Shown piece after piece: positions 1 to 10,710 of a stretch of DNA of 64,000 nt. Every line of letters begins with the position of its first letter. The stretch's first letter is position 1. Source of the DNA: Dehalococcoidia bacterium (GTDB lineage Bacteria > Chloroflexota > Dehalococcoidia > UBA2979); NCBI GenBank assembly GCA_965262725.1, contig OZ253555.1:320001-384000 (forward strand). The letters run 5' to 3'. Both the position numbers and the translations under genes were made by a program. The notes beneath the pieces were generated by a model. The model did no database searches and was not told the origin of the DNA. It worked only from the letters and a program-made list of their open reading frames with translations.

Positions 1-3000
1 TGGACGTGACGCGAGATGAGATCTGATGCGTCCTCGGCCACCCCCTGAGAGACGCGGGCGCCGGCATCCTCCGCCTCGGAGAGCGCGATCAGGACCCAGG
101 CCGTGATCCAGAGATCGGTCCGGCAGTCTGCGCACCACGCCCAGCCTCCGTCGTACCTCTGCCAGCTGATCAACTTGGCGACATCGGCGTGGAGCTGGTT
201 CGTCTGCCCTGGATCCAGGTCGCCGCCCTGCGAGCGCTTCACCGCGACGGTTGCGATCACGCGGCTCGCGACGCGCTCACTCCGCTCGTAGCGACGCGGC
301 GCGAAGCGATGCAGTTCGTCGGCAAGTGTCCCGACGAGCGAGCCCTGCACCGAGATCTCGAGCTCCCCCTGCTCCCGGATCGCGTAGTCCGGCAGGTAGA
401 CCGCCTCGACCGCGAGCGCGCCATCGATCACCCCTCCCGTGGCGGTGGTCTCCGCGGTGACGTTGAGGTGCACCGGCAGGGCGATCTCGACGGCATCGCC
501 GAGGCCGCCTGCTGCCGAGGCATCGAAGCGGACCTGCGCCGTGCCCTCAGCGACCGCGCGGGCCGGCCACTCGACGACCTCCGAGCGATCCGGCTGGATG
601 CGCACGATGCGGGCGACCGAGCCGTCCAGCGTGAGGCCGTCGGCCCGGACGGTGACGGTCACGTCGCGGGCGGATGTCGTCCCGTTTCGCACGAGCGCGC
701 GCAGTGTCACCTCGTCGCCAACGCGGAGGAAGCGAGGGAGCGCGGGGCGTACGAGCAATGGGAGCGTCACCAGCAGCTCACTCGTTGCCTCGCCCACCTG
801 CGTCGTCCCGCTGACGGCGCGCGCCTGGGCGCGCCAGGTCGTCGCGTTGTCGGGCAGTTTCAGCTCGAAGCTGGCCCTGCCGTTCTCGTCCGTCTCGAGC
901 TGGCCCTCCCACAGCGCGGTGTTGCGGAAGTCCTGTCGCAGCCGCGAGGTGTCTCCGCCCCCTCCCTTGCCGCTCGCATCCTCGGGAACCTTCAGGATGT
1001 CGTTGTGGCGGTCGATCGAGACACCGAGAGAGGAGGAGGTCGCGACCCCCAGCGCCCGCTGGAACCAGAACGCGCGCATCCCGTCGGGCCCCACCTCCTC
1101 GGCCAGCGAGAGCACCGCCTGGTCGGCGATGGCCACCGACACCTCCGCGGCCACGCCGCGCCCCTTCCAGTCCGTGACCGTGACCTCGTAGCGGACGGTC
1201 TCGCCGGGCGCCGCGCGCTCGCGGTCGGGCTCGATACGCACGTCGAGGCGACGCGGAGCCGTGGAGACCGGCAACTCGACGTAGCCGATGTGGTAGCGCG
1301 GAACCGGATCGTCTCCCGTCGGCGCGCGGTAGAGCACGACGCTGACGTAGATGTTCGGGAGATGGCGATCCTCGATCGGGATACGCAGCACCTCACTGTT
1401 GGTCTCGAACCGGCGGACCTCGGTGCTCAGGATGCCGCCGCGCTCGATGGTGACGAGACCGACGGCGCCGGCGAAGGGTGCGGGCACGAGCACCTCGGCG
1501 ACGTCGCCCACCTCGTACTCGTCCCGGTCGGGGATGAGCTCGATCAGGTCGTCGTTGCGCACCCGCCAGGGTGCGTGGCTGTGGCCGCTCACCCAGAGGT
1601 AGGTGGCGGAGCGCGCCACGCGGCCCTCGTTGTCGACCGACTCCGCCACCAGGCGGTACGAGCCGGACGACGGCGGCGTGAATTGAATCGACGCCTCGGC
1701 GGCGGCGGCGGTCGTCGCGGACTGCACGTCGATCTCGGTCTCGACCAGCTCGCTCTGGTAGTAGCGGCCGCCACCCGTGGCACCGACCTTCGTGGTCACC
1801 CACCGGCGCTCGTATGCGCGCACCGTGACGGGCCGGCGGGGCGCGATCACCCCCTCGACATCGACGGTGACGAGCCGCACCACCTCGGGTTCGCCGGCCG
1901 CGGCGATGTAGGAGTCCGTGCGAATGCCGGCGTACCACGACGCGGGGTGGACCGTGACGGCGGTGCTGCCGGCCACCGCCTGAGCGCTCTCGTCGCGCAC
2001 CGTGGCACTGAGGGTGAAGAGCTGCGTTCCCTCTCCCGCCATGAGCGCGGCCGTCACCTCGTACGAGGCCCGGCCGCCGGGGCCTGCCTCGGTGCTGCCC
2101 TGCGCGCGCAGCGGCGAACCGTCGGGAGCCGAGTAGTAGCGGTAGTGGGAGAACGAGTAGTCCTCGTAGCCCTCGACGCGGATCCGCGTCGGCGAGGCCA
2201 GAACGGCCCAGTCGACGGTTGCTCCCTCGACGCCACCACCGAAATAGAACTCGGCCGTCGTCTCGACAGGGATCTGCTCACCGTCGATGTAGTGCTCCTC
2301 CGGCGTCTCAACACGGACGCGGAACTCGGGCACGCGGAACTGCTCGACCGTGAAGGTCGTCGACGTGATCTGGCCGGGAGCCGGTCCCAGGTACCGACGT
2401 CCCTCGCTGCCGTACAGGCGGATCGAGTACGTACCGGTGGCCCCTCCCTCCGGGATCACGAACTCGCCCTCGAGCGTGCCGAACTCGTTGACGACCGTGG
2501 TAGTGCTCGACAGTTCCCTGAACTTCGAGTCGGTGACGACGATGGTGAAGGTCTCGCTCGGTCGGGGCAGTGAGTACGTCGCGTCGTCGTCGCGGCGGAC
2601 GACCGCCTTGTACGAGACGGTCTCACCGGTCCGGTAAATCGGCCTTTCGGTGTAGACGTGGGCGAGCAGGTCGAACGTCGACGACGAGAACGGCACAGTG
2701 AGCTTCCACGGCTCGCTGCCCTGCTGCCATTTCGTCGAGGCCACGCCGAAGCGCCCGTCGTCGTCGAGACGCAGGAGGTAGCGGCCCCACCTCGCGTTCG
2801 GGATGTGGAGGTCGGCGAGCCCGTCGGCGTCCGTCAGGGTCGTCCCCTGCAGGTACCGGGTCCCGGCGTACGAGGCGTGCTCGACGTCAATACCGTCGAG
2901 CGGCTCGCCGGTGTCGTAGTCGAGAACCCACGCGATCACCTGGTCATGCGACTGCTTGGTGATGATCGCCGTGTCGACGACGCTGAACATCAGCGCCTTG

Positions 3001-4910
3001 CGGCGTGAGCCGAGGTTGGAGTCCGCGAAGACGACGTAGCTGCCCTTCGGCAGTGGCGCGCCGTCCGCGAGAGAGGTGGAGTAGAGCCGGCCCACGTAGC
3101 GGTCCTCCTCACTCGTCTGGACGGTCCACTCACGAAGGCGAGTCTGCGAAGGCAGGAAGGGGTTCCAGACTCTCCTCTTCCGATCGGTGTTCTCGATCTG
3201 GACCGAGCGCCAGATGTCGATGTACTCGCGGGCCAGCAGCATGCGGGCCTCGCCGTCGGTGAGCGGATACAGCTGGAAGTGCACCGTCGGGGCGTTCACC
3301 GCGCGGAAGAAGAGCTCCGGCTCGGTGGTCGCCGAGTACGTCGCGAACCAGCTGGGGATGGAGAGATCCATCGACCGTCCGGGCAGACGGGGCGGCGCCG
3401 GGGCCCGGGTGGTGAACGGGAGCTCGTACGGCGGCAGCGGCGCTCCGCCTCGATCCCGGATGCCCCCCGCGATGGTGACCGTGTACTGAGTCGAGTGCTC
3501 GAGCGGAGCGTCGATGACCACCCGGTCGTAGTACGCCCACACGCTGACGTCGTCGGGGTCGACACCGCTGACCGAGATCCGGCCCTCGACGGAGGAGGGG
3601 TCCAGCGGGTTGTTGTACGTGAACGCGATGTTCCGCCACGGCAACGCCGTCTGGGAGCCGTGGCGGGGCTCGGTGCGGATGAGGCGCGGCCAGTCGAGCG
3701 TGGTGAACGTCGCGATGCGCTCAGCGGGCGTCGCCACGCCTGTGGCGCCGAGCATGCCGGCGCGCGCGATCACAGTGTACCGGGAGCTGCGCAGCAAGGG
3801 CCTGAGCGGCGTGAGCGTGACGACGGTGCCGCCGTCGCTCCAGGTGAGGGCGACCGGTACGTCTCGATCATCCGGGCCCGCGTACAGGCCCCGGATGATC
3901 TCGGCCTCCCGCCCGGTCGGGCCCAGGTTCGTGATGCGGAACCGAAGACCCCGCTCCACCGACGCTCGGTCCATCGGCTGGTTGAAGGTGACCACGATGG
4001 CGCGGTCCGGCTCCACGAACTTCGAGTTGTGGGCGGGGGAGATACCATCCACCCGCGGCAGGGTGGTGGTGAAGCGCCACGCGACGTCCTCCTCCAGCAC
4101 CCCGTCCGCTGCCGACGTCAGCCCCGCCGGGATGCGCACTTGGTACTCGGTGCTGGGGCGCAGATCGCTCGGGGTGAAGCGGTACAGCGAGGTGTTGAGC
4201 CACTCGCCCTCGCCGTCGAGCGGCGGGTCGAACTCGAGCACCGTCGGGCCGGGCCCTTCCTGCAACACCGTGAGCGGGGCCACCGCGCGGTTGAACTGGA
4301 CGAGGATCTGCGCGTTCGAGGGCACCCCGCGGTCGCCGTCCCCGGGGATCATGTAGACCACCTCGAGCTGGCCCTCGACGGTGAAGGCCTGCTCGTAGTC
4401 CTGGTCGAGTCCGGCGGCGGCGCCGTCCACGAGCACGCGGTAACGACCGCCCCGTCCCCAGCCGGGGAACTCGGGCTGAAACAGCAGGGTCCGCTCGTCG
4501 GCCCACACGAAAGAGCCCGCGATAGGTGGCTCGACCGCGACGAGCTGGCTGGCGTCTGTTGTCGGCGGGGGCTCCCGGAACACGATCTGTGCAAACGCGA
4601 GCCGGGGCACCTCCTCCCCGGCTGGCGTGACCGTGACGGGCGGTGGTGGTGGGGCGGGCGTCGGCGTGGCGGGAGTTACGGTCGGCGTGGTGGGAGTCGC
4701 GGTCGGCGTGGCGGGAGTTACGGTCGGCGTGGCGGCCGGCGTCGGGGGAGTGGTGCTCTGCGGCTCGGCGGTCGGCGCGATGACTCTCTCGACGTTGCCG
4801 TCACCGCCTGGGCGAGCCAGTACGACCGCGACCACGATCACGGGCGCCAGGATGATGGCCAGCCAGAGCCACGGTGGCCCGCGCTGCCAGCCCGCGCCCG
4901 CGTTGCTCAT
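1..4910 (-). CDS. Bacterial alpha-2-macroglobulin family protein (N-terminal TM, Pro/Thr linker, Ig-like and MG domains); runs off the window's left edge
   Basis: ATG at 4910 overlaps the PBP1C stop (ATGA). Spot translation gives MSNAGAGWQRGPPWLWLAIILAPVIVVAVVLA and the MG2-type motif TEKRPIYRTGETV-like (ERPIYRTGETVSYKAVVR). The frame is still consistent at 250-360. Absent from the ORF track because no stop lies in the window. Confidence 0.88.
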   Translation of the reverse strand, partial: MSNAGAGWQRGPPWLWLAIILAPVIVVAVVLARPGGDGNVERVIAPTAEPQSTTPPTPAATPTVTPATPTATPTTPTVTPATPTPAPPPPPVTVTPAGEEVPRLAFAQIVFREPPPTTDASQLVAVEPPIAGSFVWADERTLLFQPEFPGWGRGGRYRVLVDGAAAGLDQDYEQAFTVEGQLEVVYMIPGDGDRGVPSNAQILVQFNRAVAPLTVLQEGPGPTVLEFDPPLDGEGEWLNTSLYRFTPSDLRPSTEYQVRIPAGLTSAADGVLEEDVAWRFTTTLPRVDGISPAHNSKFVEPDRAIVVTFNQPMDRASVERGLRFRITNLGPTGREAEIIRGLYAGPDDRDVPVALTWSDGGTVVTLTPLRPLLRSSRYTVIARAGMLGATGVATPAERIATFTTLDWPRLIRTEPRHGSQTALPWRNIAFTYNNPLDPSSVEGRISVSGVDPDDVSVWAYYDRVVIDAPLEHSTQYTVTIAGGIRDRGGAPLPPYELPFTTRAPAPPRLPGRSMDLSIPSWFATYSATTEPELFFRAVNAPTVHFQLYPLTDGEARMLLAREYIDIWRSVQIENTDRKRRVWNPFLPSQTRLREWTVQTSEEDRYVGRLYSTSLADGAPLPKGSYVVFADSNLGSRRKALMFSVVDTAIITKQSHDQVIAWVLDYDTGEPLDGIDVEHASYAGTRYLQGTTLTDADGLADLHIPNARWGRYLLRLDDDGRFGVASTKWQQGSEPWKLTVPFSSSTFDLLAHVYTERPIYRTGETVSYKAVVRRDDDATYSLPRPSETFTIVVTDSKFRELSSTTTVVNEFGTLEGEFVIPEGGATGTYSIRLYGSEGRRYLGPAPGQITSTTFTVEQFRVPEFRVRVETPEEHYIDGEQIPVETTAEFYFGGGVEGATVDWAVLASPTRIRVEGYEDYSFSHYRYYSAPDGSPLRAQGSTEAGPGGRASYEVTAALMAGEGTQLFTLSATVRDESAQAVAGSTAVTVHPASWYAGIRTDSYIAAAGEPEVVRLVTVDVEGVIAPRRPVTVRAYERRWVTTKVGATGGGRYYQSELVETEIDVQSATTAAAAEASIQFTPPSSGSYRLVAESVDNEGRVARSATYLWVSGHSHAPWRVRNDDLIELIPDRDEYEVGDVAEVLVPAPFAGAVGLVTIERGGILSTEVRRFETNSEVLRIPIEDRHLPNIYVSVVLYRAPTGDDPVPRYHIGYVELPVSTAPRRLDVRIEPDRERAAPGETVRYEVTVTDWKGRGVAAEVSVAIADQAVLSLAEEVGPDGMRAFWFQRALGVATSSSLGVSIDRHNDILKVPEDASGKGGGGDTSRLRQDFRNTALWEGQLETDENGRASFELKLPDNATTWRAQARAVSGTTQVGEATSELLVTLPLLVRPALPRFLRVGDEVTLRALVRNGTTSARDVTVTVRADGLTLDGSVARIVRIQPDRSEVVEWPARAVAEGTAQVRFDASAAGGLGDAVEIALPVHLNVTAETTATGGVIDGALAVEAVYLPDYAIREQGELEISVQGSLVGTLADELHRFAPRRYERSERVASRVIATVAVKRSQGGDLDPGQTNQLHADVAKLISWQRYDGGWAWCADCRTDLWITAWVLIALSEAEDAGARVSQGVAEDASDLISRHV
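4660..4735. repeat. 21-bp tandem repeat (about 3.5 copies) encoding the TPATPTV linker of the A2M protein
   Basis: gtcggcgtgg(c/t)gggagt(ta/cg)cg units starting at 4660, 4681, 4702 and 4723. Confidence 0.85.
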
Positions 4911-7183
4911 GGTCCCCGCACCTCATAGCGAGAACTCGCCGACGCGGTCGCGCCGTCAGCGAAGGTCGCCACTACCTCGAGCGTGTGCGCGCCGACGGTC
5001 ATCGGCCACACGACGTAGGCGTCGGTGCCCTGAGCGCTGCCAACAGGCACGCCGTCGACGCGGAACTCGATGCGCTCGACCCCGGCGGGCGTCGCGGCAC
5101 GGAGCAGCGTCTCCTGGCGGCGGAGTTCCGGGGCAATGTACAGCACCGCCCCTTCCGGTGGTCGCACGATCGCCACCCGCGTCGCCGATTCACGCCCGGA
5201 ATCTCCGGCGAGCCGGACGCCGCGGCGCGCCGCCCAGGGCCGCGCCTCCACGGGCGGATTGATGGCGAGCGCGCCGTCGGATCCCCGGACGTAGTACTCC
5301 TCGGTCTCCGTGGGCTCCGTCCCGGCCAGGAACCACTCGCTGACGGGTGAGGGGCAGTGCGGGCCGGGCAGCAGGCCCGTCGGCGCGCAGACGGCGGCGG
5401 TCACCACCGTCGGCGGTACGTCGAACGCGCGCACCGGACGGTCCGCCGCCACCGCCTCGATCACGTCGCGCCAGATCGGGGCGGCGCCGACGACGCCGGT
5501 GAGCCCCCGCATCGGCTCGGAGCGGGCGTTCCCAACCCACACCCCCACCACCCGGTCGGGCGTGAAGCCGACGGTCCAGTTGTCGCGGAACTCGAAGGTC
5601 GTGCCGGTCTTCACCGCGGCGGGGAACGGCGTCTCCAGCACGGAGCCGGCGCCGAATCCCGGCTCGCGCGCGATCGGGTCGCTGAGGATGTCCGCCAGCA
5701 GGAAGGCGTGCTCGGGGGACATCACGAGTCCCTGTTCAGGCGCCTCACGCTCGTACAGCACGTCGCGTGTCGCCTCGTCCCGCACCCTCTCGATCGCGTA
5801 CGGCTCGGCCAGCAGCCCACCATTCGCGATCGCGCCGTACGCGGCCGTGAGACCGAGCAGCGTCACCTCGGCCGAGCCGAGTGCGAGCGAGAGTCCATAC
5901 GGCTCCGGTGAGGCGATCTCACGCAACCCGGCGCGGTTCGCGCTGCGGACCAGCGCTCCCACCCCGATCTCGTCGAGCGTGCGGACGGCCGGCACGTTGA
6001 GCGAGGACGCAAGCGCGGTCCGGAGCGCCACCGGGCCGCGGTAGCGGTGGTCGGCGTTCTCCGGCGTATAGACGCCGATGGGGGTCTCGAAGCTGGACGG
6101 GACGTCGAGCAGCATCGACGCGGCCGTGTAGCCCTGCTCGAGGGCCGCCGCGTACAGGAGCGGCTTCATCGCCGAGCCGGGCTGGCGGGGTGCCAGCGTC
6201 ATGTTGACCTGCCCCGCCTCCGCCTCGTCGAAGTCGGAGCTGCCGACCAGCGCGAGCAGCGCACCGCTCGCCGGGTCGATCACGACCACTGCCCCGTTCC
6301 CCGCCCCCCACGCGGCGATGCGCTCGAGGCGGACCACAAGCGAACGCGTCGCTGCACGCTGCAGCGTGGCGTCGAGAGTCGTCTCGATGACGAGTCCGGG
6401 CCGGTCGACGAGATCCGGCCGAAGCGACGCCAGCTCACCGAGCACCATCGTGGCGAAATGCGGAGCGAGCGGGGCGTCCGCCTCGCCCGCGAAGCCGAGC
6501 GGGTAACCGGACGCCTCCGCAGCCTGCGCCGCCGTGATCACGCCCGTCGCGGCAAGGCGATCGAGCACGTAGCGCTGCCGGGAGAGCGCGCCCGCCGGGG
6601 CCTGCTCGTCGCCGTACAGCGCCGGCGACTGCGGCAGCCCCGCGAGGTAGCTCGCCTGCGCCAGATCGAGGTGGCGCGCGCTGACACCGAAGTAGCGCCT
6701 CGCCGCGGCCTCGATGCCGTACGCGCCCCGGCCGTAGTAGACGTGGTTGAGATACGTCTCTAACAGCTCGCGCTTCGGGAGGCGGGCTTCGAGTTGCAGC
6801 GCGATCAGCGCCTCGCGGGCCTTGCGCAGCAGCGCCGGCGCGTCGTCGTCGGGCAGGTACAGGCGCCGCGCGAGCTGTTGGGTGAGCGTCGACGCGCCGC
6901 GGGGCTGGCCCTGCCTCGCCAGAGCGTCGGTGAGTGCGCGCGCAACCGCGAACGGATCCACTCCAGGGTGACGCCAGAACCGCTGGTCCTCGGCGGCGAC
7001 GGTGGCCGACACGACTATGGGCGCGATGTCGTCGAGGGAGACCGGGATGCGGGTGCCCTCGGACGAGTCACGGAGCAGAGGCACGCCATAGCGGTCGACG
7101 AGGAGCGTTCCGGCCGCCGGGGCCTGCTCGTCGAGGGGCGTCAGTGGCGCGAGATAGGCGTAGGCCAGCAGGGCTCCCGCCAC
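4907..7183 (-). CDS. pbpC: Penicillin-binding protein 1C (transglycosylase/transpeptidase)
   Basis: EDQRFWRHPGVD, GASTLTQQLAR, SAMK (SxxK), SLN and KTGT motifs; C-terminal PBP1C Ig-like domain; classic pairing with A2M. Start codon uncertain. Confidence 0.9.
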   Translation of the reverse strand: MAGALLAYAYLAPLTPLDEQAPAAGTLLVDRYGVPLLRDSSEGTRIPVSLDDIAPIVVSATVAAEDQRFWRHPGVDPFAVARALTDALARQGQPRGASTLTQQLARRLYLPDDDAPALLRKAREALIALQLEARLPKRELLETYLNHVYYGRGAYGIEAAARRYFGVSARHLDLAQASYLAGLPQSPALYGDEQAPAGALSRQRYVLDRLAATGVITAAQAAEASGYPLGFAGEADAPLAPHFATMVLGELASLRPDLVDRPGLVIETTLDATLQRAATRSLVVRLERIAAWGAGNGAVVVIDPASGALLALVGSSDFDEAEAGQVNMTLAPRQPGSAMKPLLYAAALEQGYTAASMLLDVPSSFETPIGVYTPENADHRYRGPVALRTALASSLNVPAVRTLDEIGVGALVRSANRAGLREIASPEPYGLSLALGSAEVTLLGLTAAYGAIANGGLLAEPYAIERVRDEATRDVLYEREAPEQGLVMSPEHAFLLADILSDPIAREPGFGAGSVLETPFPAAVKTGTTFEFRDNWTVGFTPDRVVGVWVGNARSEPMRGLTGVVGAAPIWRDVIEAVAADRPVRAFDVPPTVVTAAVCAPTGLLPGPHCPSPVSEWFLAGTEPTETEEYYVRGSDGALAINPPVEARPWAARRGVRLAGDSGRESATRVAIVRPPEGAVLYIAPELRRQETLLRAATPAGVERIEFRVDGVPVGSAQGTDAYVVWPMTVGAHTLEVVATFADGATASASSRYEVRGP

Positions 7184-7311
7184 ACCGAGGAGCGCCGCCA
7201 GGGCGAGAGCGCCGCTCGCGCTGCTGCCGCGCGTCGACTGCGGCGCAGAAAGAACGTGAGCGGACCGCGGTGTGTGCGGGCCATATCGCCACTGTAGTCC
7301 GTCTCACTGAC

Positions 7312-7355
7312 TCCCAAGCAGAGGGTCGCGGGTTCGAATCCCGTCTCCCGCTCCA
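7312..7355 (+). tRNA. 3' half of tRNA-Gly(CCC); att-site fragment, not an intact gene
   Basis: TCCCAAGCAGAGGGTCGCGGGTTCGAATCCCGTCTCCCGCTCCA has anticodon loop, T arm and CCA, but no acceptor 5' strand or D arm upstream. Integrase gene about 270 bp downstream. Confidence 0.85.
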
Positions 7356-7622
7356 GATCTCTCGCCATCGCGGCGTGAGAGCCCGTTCTTAGGTTCAAAA
7401 TCTCCCATTTCGCCCCCTGACCGGCGGCGGGTGAGCCATCGCCGTCGGGCGGTTCGCTGCTCCCGCGACCCTCTGCCTCGTCGGGCCGCAGATCACGCTC
7501 AGGTCACGTCCACTTCACGCACGGATCACGGTGCGGTCACGAGATTTTGACCGCCCGGGACCGGAGGGGAGAGGGTGATGACGCGAGGCGAGAGCGGCAT
7601 GGAGCAGCGATGGAGGAGTGGG

Positions 7623-8591
7623 ATGGAGCAACTGACGCTGCGGGATCTCATCGGCTACTGGGACTTCCACAACCGCACCGAGGGAAAGTCCCCGAACACG
7701 ATCCGCTGGTACAGCTATGAGCTCGGGAAGTTCGAGCACTTCCTCGTCAGGGAGGGCTCATCGACGCTCATCGCCGAGATCGGCGAACCGCAGGTGCGGG
7801 CCTACATCGCGTACCTGCAACAGAAGCGGAAGTGGGACGACACCGAGTTCTGCCCGACGGCCGAGGAGGGACTCTCGCCCGGCGGCATCCAGAACCGCAT
7901 CCGCGCCCTCAAGGCCTTCTTCAACTGGCTGCACCGCGAGGGCTACACGGAGAGCTACCGCCTCAAGCATCTCGCCAACTACCGCGTCCCCAGCCGGGTC
8001 GTCGACGTGCTGACCGAGGCTGAGATAGGCCGTGTGCTCGCCGCCTGCGACACGAAGTCGGACTGGGGAGCGCGCGCCTACGCGATCCTCACGCTCATGC
8101 TCGACTCCGGCCTGCGCATCAGCGAGGTGGCCGGGTTGCGGACCGCGGAACTCGAACTTGACGCCGGATGGCTCAAGGTTCTGGGGAAGGGCGGCAAGGA
8201 GCGGATCGTGCCCTTCGGCACTGCCACTCAGCGGGCGCTCTGGCGCTACCAGCACCACTACCGACCGGAACCGCTGGGCCCCGATGTCTACTTCTTCCTG
8301 ACGCTCGACGGGCGCCCCCTGGGGCGTAGCGCGCTCACGCAGGCGATCAAGCGCGCCGCGATGCGCTCGGGCGTAACGCGTCTGCATCCTCACCTCTGCC
8401 GACACACTTTCGCGACGCGCTACCTGATCAACGGAGGCGACGTCTTCAGCCTCCAGCAGATCCTGGGCCACTCGACGCTGGAGATGGTGCGTCGCTACGT
8501 GAACCTCGCCTCCGCGCACGTGGCCATCCAGCACCGAAAGTTCTCGCCAATGGACCGGATCGCGGGGATGAGGTCGCGGACCAGCGGATGA
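7623..8591 (+). CDS. Tyrosine recombinase/integrase (intact)
   Basis: SGLRISE, KGGKER, HLCRHTFAT, LGH and RRY catalytic residues; N-terminal SAM-like domain. ORF track starts at 7575. Confidence 0.92.
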   Translation: MEQLTLRDLIGYWDFHNRTEGKSPNTIRWYSYELGKFEHFLVREGSSTLIAEIGEPQVRAYIAYLQQKRKWDDTEFCPTAEEGLSPGGIQNRIRALKAFFNWLHREGYTESYRLKHLANYRVPSRVVDVLTEAEIGRVLAACDTKSDWGARAYAILTLMLDSGLRISEVAGLRTAELELDAGWLKVLGKGGKERIVPFGTATQRALWRYQHHYRPEPLGPDVYFFLTLDGRPLGRSALTQAIKRAAMRSGVTRLHPHLCRHTFATRYLINGGDVFSLQQILGHSTLEMVRRYVNLASAHVAIQHRKFSPMDRIAGMRSRTSG

Positions 8592-8873
8592 TGGTCACGC
8601 CACGCGTTCTTGTAGCCATCGGCCGGGGTCGGCGGGAACAAGCACGTCGGCCGATGCCGGCGAAACAGTCGCTGGGGGGTGAATCGGCGCTTCCGAGCAG
8701 GCTCCATCACGCCGCGACAAGCCGATCGACGCAACGTGCGTAACCATCGCCGCGTGTCTCGACGGCACTGGACTAGCCCCGAACGTGTCTTGGTCCTCCT
8801 CGTGGTTGCGTTGGCCGCACTGCTCGTGGCGTATGTGGTGGGAAGTTCCTCCGAACCCACACGGGCCGCGAAA

Positions 8874-9026
8874 CCCAACGGTTGTTGAGTTCGCCGCCAG
8901 CCGTCCCAGCCTGTGCCACCACCTCGCCTTGGAGCCCTCTCTGAACCTGATATGACGGGCTCACGTGCCGTTCCGTCCTGACGCATCCTGCTCCGTTGCG
9001 CCACGCATGCCTACGAAATGCCTACG
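8874..9026 (-). repeat. att-arm module with tentative tRNA-Leu(CAA) anticodon-arm core
   Basis: cccaacggttgttgagttcgcc resembles 42059 cccaacggtttttgagtttcgcc; ends in tandem ATGCCTACG (9007, 9018). Confidence 0.55.
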
Positions 9027-9302
9027 GAGACGAGCCCCCCTTGGTCGCGGCTCTGCCGCTGCCGTCTGTTCTCACCACCGGGCAAACATCGGCATGAGTG
9101 CTCAGCTGTACGTAGCGATGGGTTGTCTGGCGGAGTGCGCTCTCGCTGCACAATGGCGCCCACGCTCGGATGGCCTGGGCGGGGAGCTTGAGTAGATTCC
9201 GGCCCCGCCTGTTGCAACCATGCTGGTCGTTGTCGAATGTGGCGACTCCTCACCGACCCCGACCCCGACCCCAACGGCAACGCCAACATCGACGCGGGTG
9301 CT

Positions 9303-9493
9303 ACCTCCACACTGCCAGGGCGCTAAGCTCGATCCTGCCCGATCCCATGCGGTCCCGCTGAGTGCCGACCAATCCTGTTTGTTCGGCTATTGCCGAGGGT
9401 GGTGTTGTCTTCTGTACCGCCCCGTCCCAGGCCGTACCACCCAACATGTACCCAAGATGTACCCACCGAAGCGGAACTGACCGGCCCCGGACG
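9303..9493 (-). repeat. att-arm module, tRNA-Ala(GGC) family, with truncated core
   Basis: acctccacactgcca core followed by about 170 bp shared with 35258, 44428 and 54542; tandem ATGTACCCA at 9446 and 9457. Confidence 0.85.
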
Positions 9494-9862
9494 GCGGGCC
9501 ACTTCTCATGAGAGTCCAACGACGTGCTGTTCGTGCGATCGCCCGTGGCCACCCAGGCTCCAGAGTTGCGCGGCAATTACCTCAAGGTCCAAGGAAGTCG
9601 TGCGCGGCTTTCAAACTGGCGGGCAGAGCTCAAGCGGGCCGCTCGGCTGGCGCCCGTGGGACGTGGCGAAGATGAAGTCGTTTCGTGTGTCCGAGTTCAC
9701 CTTCAAGGGTAGCCGCCCTGGCTATGTCCGGGGTGACTCGGATATGCACCCCGTGCACTGCGAGTTCTAGATCGTATGGAGCGCCTCACTCCAGTTCACT
9801 GATGTGGTTTCTGCGTTGAAGGCAGAGCCGGATCAGGGAGGGAGGAGGCATGCAGGAGCAAG

Positions 9863-10095
9863 ATGACGCACGTGGGGATGGATGTGCACGCGCGCACGAT
9901 CCGTGTGGCGGTGCTCGCTCCGGGAGGAGTGCAGCGGGAGGAGTGGGGCCTCGCGAACGAGCCGAGGGCGGTGGCCAGACTCGCCAGGCGGCTCCTGCGC
10001 GACGCGCCGGGCCGGTCCGTACTACGAGGCGGGCCCCACGGGCTTCGCCCTTGTGCGTACACTCCAGGCGAAGGGGATCGACTGCCGGGTAGTAG
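9863..10095 (+). pseudogene. IS110-family transposase N-terminal fragment, frameshifted and truncated
   Basis: HVGMDVHAR followed in another frame by YEAGPTGFAL...GIDCRVV. Confidence 0.8.
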
Positions 10096-10710
10096 AGCTG
10101 TGCAGAACAGGCTGCGCAAGGCAACACGTATCGGTCCGACCCGTTACCATGATCTCGTGAAATGTACGATGAACGATGTGCAATTCGCAGAGCACGCTCG
10201 CAAACAATGGAGAAGGAAGTTTGAGTAGGTGAATCAAGTGAGCCGCACAGCAAGGGACTAGGGAAACTTACAGTGAGCAAGACGACGGTGACTATACTCG
10301 TGTATGTAGAATCTGATGATCCTTGGACTGCACCCACCATCAGGGGTGATGGCGGTCAGTACTTCTCCCTTCCAGGCGCCTCTTTCGAGGAAACAGTCGG
10401 CGCACTCCGTGAGGCAGGCTTTGAGTCTCACCAAGGGCCGCAAGCGAAGCGGATTCCCTCGCCACACTAGAGTCCACATGCAGCTAGGTGGTGATATTCC
10501 GTAGAGCTGAAGAGGCAGCGGCCAAGGGAGTATGGAACAGATATTTGTCGCGCTATAGCGGCAAGGGACCGGCGTCCGATGCGACTCCCGGTCCCCTAGG
10601 CTCGCGGCTCGTAGGAAGCTGTGGATCGGCAGAGACGAGTTGGTGAGAACGGGATTGACTCTCGCTTACCTGGGCCCGTTCTCCCCGTCTAAGACGCGAC
10701 CCCGGTTGTC

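Noticed and set aside
189-4928. Long plus-strand ORFs (794 aa and 549 aa)
   Set aside because: Antisense shadows of the GC-rich A2M gene; Arg-rich with no motifs.
7290-7355. Intact tRNA genes here and at 41587, 41815 and 54498
   Set aside because: All lack the 5' acceptor strand and D arm; they are att fragments.
9220-9302. (ACCCCG)n-like microsatellite
   Set aside because: Encodes the Thr-Pro linker of a truncated lipoprotein-like fragment; too short to annotate.
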